Of a stretch of 64,000 bases of DNA, positions 61,054 to 64,000 are shown piece after piece. The DNA is taken from positions 434,001 through 498,000 of the forward strand of contig JBBPEB010000020.1 in NCBI GenBank assembly GCA_039096225.1, written 5' to 3'. Position 1 is the first letter of the stretch; each line of letters starts with the position of its first letter. The notes beneath the pieces are model-generated. The model searched no databases. It was given only the letters and a program-made list of their open reading frames with translations, and was not told the DNA's origin. Origin of the DNA: Blastocystis sp. Blastoise. Its lineage: Eukaryota > Protista > Bigyra: Opalinata. The position numbers and the translations under genes are program-made.

Positions 61054-64000
61054 ATGGAAAATTCACAAATTCATTTTGTTTATACTTTTGGTTCCTTTAA
61101 TCATGATAATTCAAAAGATAATCATAGTGAAATTATTATACCAAATCCATTACCATTTTATAAAAGTCTATTTACTAATTATCAAAATCAAAAAGAATTA
61201 TTACATTATATTGATTGTACTCCTTGTAATACATCAACTAATTATAGAAGATTATGGTTTGATTTAGATTATCACCAAATATCTGATGATTTTTCTTTTC
61301 TAACAGATTCTTTTATTCATGAATTTATAGAAGAAATGTGTAATCATTGTATTCATTATTATAATCAAGAATTTATTTCGCTTGTGTATACAAAGAAAGA
61401 AGTGAATAAGAAGACAGTTCATAATGAAATACATTATTCATGGGGAATTCATATATATACAAATTGGTTTGTAAATGGTGATTATTTATTTTTCTTATAT
61501 AATAGTATGATTCTGAATACCAAATTGGTTGATTTATGTAAAATGAATAATTTAGATATAAAAGAATTCATTGATTATAATGTTATTGGTAAACCCAGAA
61601 AGAATAATGGTTGTATGTTTCTTGGTTGTAGTAAAGATAATTCTCCATCTACTTATAAATTATATGAAGAATATACCAATAAAACATGGAAGAAAATAGA
61701 TGATGAAATCGATGAACATTATTATTTCAAAACATTATTGAATTATAAGAATGAAGATGATATTATAAGTGATATTATTAATCCTATTATTTTTTATAAA
61801 TTAAAACAATATTCACGTTATAAACGTTATTATGCAAGATTAAATAATTGTTCACGTACTATATTATGTTCTATACAAGATATTAAAGATATTCCTATGT
61901 TGATTTCTACAGATACTATATTGGATACTACAGCATCTAAAGAAGCTTTATTAGAACGATATTTATTATTGATTGGTTCTATTGAAGATATGAATTATTT
62001 TGAATCTCATAATACTTGGTATAAATTATGTTGTGCAGCAAAACAGATTTGTAATACAACAAGAGGATTAGAATTATTTAAAAATTATTCATTACGTTAT
62101 GGTCATGATCGAAGTGATGATGTAATTGAATCTACATGGAATCATATACAAGTTGATCCTACTCATTTATCGAATAATTATATTTTGAAGATATTAATGG
62201 ATAATAAATTATTTAATAAAGATGATGATAATGATTTCATATTTATGTCTATTTTAGAATGTATTCAATCCTTTAATCTTGTAGATTCACAAACATTAGT
62301 TATGTTATTTCAATTATTAGAATTTAATGAAATTGTTTCTATTATATTAGATAAAGATAATTTTATCTTATATACATTTGATGAATATAATATCTTAAGA
62401 CGTTGTAAGAATAATTATGATATTAATTTCTTTGAAACCAAAATAACTACATTTATGAAATCGATTGTCGAGAAATTCAAATTATCAAGATTATATTCCA
62501 AAGAGAATGAACAACATCAAAAAATAGTTGATAAAATAATGTCTGCTTCTGTTACTAATGAATATCATTATAAAGAATGGTTGAATCGTTATTTGAAGAC
62601 TTATGGTAAATCTTATAAAGAATATTTAGATACTTATATGGTTCATAAAGAACGTGTTATCTATACACAACTTGGTTATTTATATCCAAAAGAATCTACA
62701 GAAGAAGATCCTAGACAATATTATATCCAACCATATCATAAAGAAGATATGGTGTTTGAAGATTTATTAATTGATACTGAATTTAATGTAAGTTGGAATA
62801 TTAATAATGAACAGAAAGATATTATCCAATTATTTGAACAACATATTGCAAGATATTGTGAATTCGATAAGAAATATGAAAGTATTATGTTACGTATCTT
62901 AACCACTGCTTTCTATGTCAATACTCAGAAAACAGTTTCTTATATATTATATGGTAGTACAGGTAGTAATGGTAAAACAATAACAACTGATTTAATTTCT
63001 CGTATTGTAGGTAGTAATCAATGTATTATAGTAAATCCAGATAATTTAGAAGAAACATCTATAGCTCCTAAGATTGTAGATATGTCTAATAAAACAATGT
63101 ATTATATGAATGAATTAATAGAAGAAGATGTTACTGGTAGAAAGAAAACATTTAATCCATTCTCTTCTAAAGTCTTTAAAGAAATAGCAGAAAAGAAAGA
63201 AGGTGCTAGTGCTCGTAAATTATTCAGTAATATATTTACAAAAGTTCATTTCACGGGTACTTTATTTATGACAAGTAATATCCAACCTACTGCTGTGAAT
63301 GCTGGTCCTATTGAAAGAAGAGTCTGTTTCTTACCATCATGTTGTCGTTATTTCCCTCCTGGTAATGCTAATTTATATGAAGATTATGTAGATCATAATT
63401 TACCTAAACGTAAACAGACAGTAGAAAAGAGATTGAAACCTAATCATTATGAAATGGATTATACTCTATCCGATAAATTCTATCAGAATCGTTCTATTAT
63501 CTTTAGTTATCTAGTAAGTAATTATTTCTATTCTAGTATGCAATTAGATATGCATGAATTAGATAATGAATATCATATAAGTGAATGTAAGAAACGATTC
63601 TTTGATCGTAGTACAGAAGGATATGATTTGAAATCTTTTGTTGATAACCATATTACTATAGATCCTTATTATTTGAATGTAGTTACTATTGAAGATATTT
63701 TTAATAGTTATAAGAAAGTGAATAATAATAATCAATTTACGATTAAGAAAGATTTAGATAAATTTACAAATGCTTTATTTGGTTGTTTAAGTAGTAAAGA
63801 TACATTCAATTCTATAGATATTGTGAATATTCATAGAAAACATACTTCAAATTTCTATAAGGGAGGGAATGCTATTGGTATTTGTGGTTTAATGATTGAT
63901 AATACTTATAATGAATGTGTAGATACAGATTTATTCTGTTTATCCAATTGTTTATCTAAGAAAGAAGAAATTGTTTATAGTGAAGATCAATATCATAATA
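61054..64000 (+). CDS. D5-like AEP primase - PriCT - SF3 helicase (runs off the right edge; absent from the ORF track)
   Basis: Manual translation: LWFDLD, WGIHIY, IDYNV (AEP motifs I-III); HNTWYKL...GLELF...TW (PriCT-2); YGSTGSNGKT (Walker A); YMNE (Walker B); LFMTSN (motif C); IERR. Confidence 0.9.
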   Translation, partial: MENSQIHFVYTFGSFNHDNSKDNHSEIIIPNPLPFYKSLFTNYQNQKELLHYIDCTPCNTSTNYRRLWFDLDYHQISDDFSFLTDSFIHEFIEEMCNHCIHYYNQEFISLVYTKKEVNKKTVHNEIHYSWGIHIYTNWFVNGDYLFFLYNSMILNTKLVDLCKMNNLDIKEFIDYNVIGKPRKNNGCMFLGCSKDNSPSTYKLYEEYTNKTWKKIDDEIDEHYYFKTLLNYKNEDDIISDIINPIIFYKLKQYSRYKRYYARLNNCSRTILCSIQDIKDIPMLISTDTILDTTASKEALLERYLLLIGSIEDMNYFESHNTWYKLCCAAKQICNTTRGLELFKNYSLRYGHDRSDDVIESTWNHIQVDPTHLSNNYILKILMDNKLFNKDDDNDFIFMSILECIQSFNLVDSQTLVMLFQLLEFNEIVSIILDKDNFILYTFDEYNILRRCKNNYDINFFETKITTFMKSIVEKFKLSRLYSKENEQHQKIVDKIMSASVTNEYHYKEWLNRYLKTYGKSYKEYLDTYMVHKERVIYTQLGYLYPKESTEEDPRQYYIQPYHKEDMVFEDLLIDTEFNVSWNINNEQKDIIQLFEQHIARYCEFDKKYESIMLRILTTAFYVNTQKTVSYILYGSTGSNGKTITTDLISRIVGSNQCIIVNPDNLEETSIAPKIVDMSNKTMYYMNELIEEDVTGRKKTFNPFSSKVFKEIAEKKEGASARKLFSNIFTKVHFTGTLFMTSNIQPTAVNAGPIERRVCFLPSCCRYFPPGNANLYEDYVDHNLPKRKQTVEKRLKPNHYEMDYTLSDKFYQNRSIIFSYLVSNYFYSSMQLDMHELDNEYHISECKKRFFDRSTEGYDLKSFVDNHITIDPYYLNVVTIEDIFNSYKKVNNNNQFTIKKDLDKFTNALFGCLSSKDTFNSIDIVNIHRKHTSNFYKGGNAIGICGLMIDNTYNECVDTDLFCLSNCLSKKEEIVYSEDQYHN

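Larger units (their letters stand above)
53249..64000. mobile_element. Endogenous Polinton-like virus / virophage-like element (YR + D5 primase-helicase type), partial; left boundary approximate
   Basis: Dense intronless gene cluster with a tyrosine recombinase, adenain-like protease, GG-motif polyprotein, NCLDV-type SSB and AEP-SF3 helicase. Confidence 0.85.

Overview
Very AT-rich eukaryotic DNA. The short GT-AG introns (~30-70 nt) and TGTTTGTT-like motifs after stop codons suggest a Blastocystis-like stramenopile (inference). The window is almost entirely mobile DNA. (1) From ~53.2 kb to beyond the right edge is an intronless endogenous DNA virus of Polinton-like-virus/virophage type. It encodes a tyrosine recombinase, an adenain-like protease, a GG/GxG-cleavable polyprotein with an adenovirus-pVI-like amphipathic segment, an OB-fold SSB and a D5-type AEP primase-SF3 helicase. 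Its recombinase, SSB and primase-helicase promoters carry perfect 10-pentamer heat-shock-element (nGAAn) arrays, pointing to a heat/stress-inducible provirus. It also carries a Pol III A/B-box stem-loop RNA (VA-RNA-like) and a 126-nt GC-rich hairpin at its left end. (2) A probable relic of a related virus lies at ~6.7-17.3 kb, split by an intact hAT transposon and truncated by a Helitron. (3) Two autonomous Helitrons sit tail-to-tail (one intact, one with two nonsense mutations), plus two inverted copies of a 2.7-kb non-autonomous Helitron. (4) Two diverged CACTA/CMC elements each carry a head-to-head accessory gene of unknown family. (5) hAT, MULE and TA-TSD MITEs, a gene built of symmetric micro-exons, and a 2.75-kb satellite complete the window. 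No capsid, packaging ATPase or pPolB gene was recognised inside the window.
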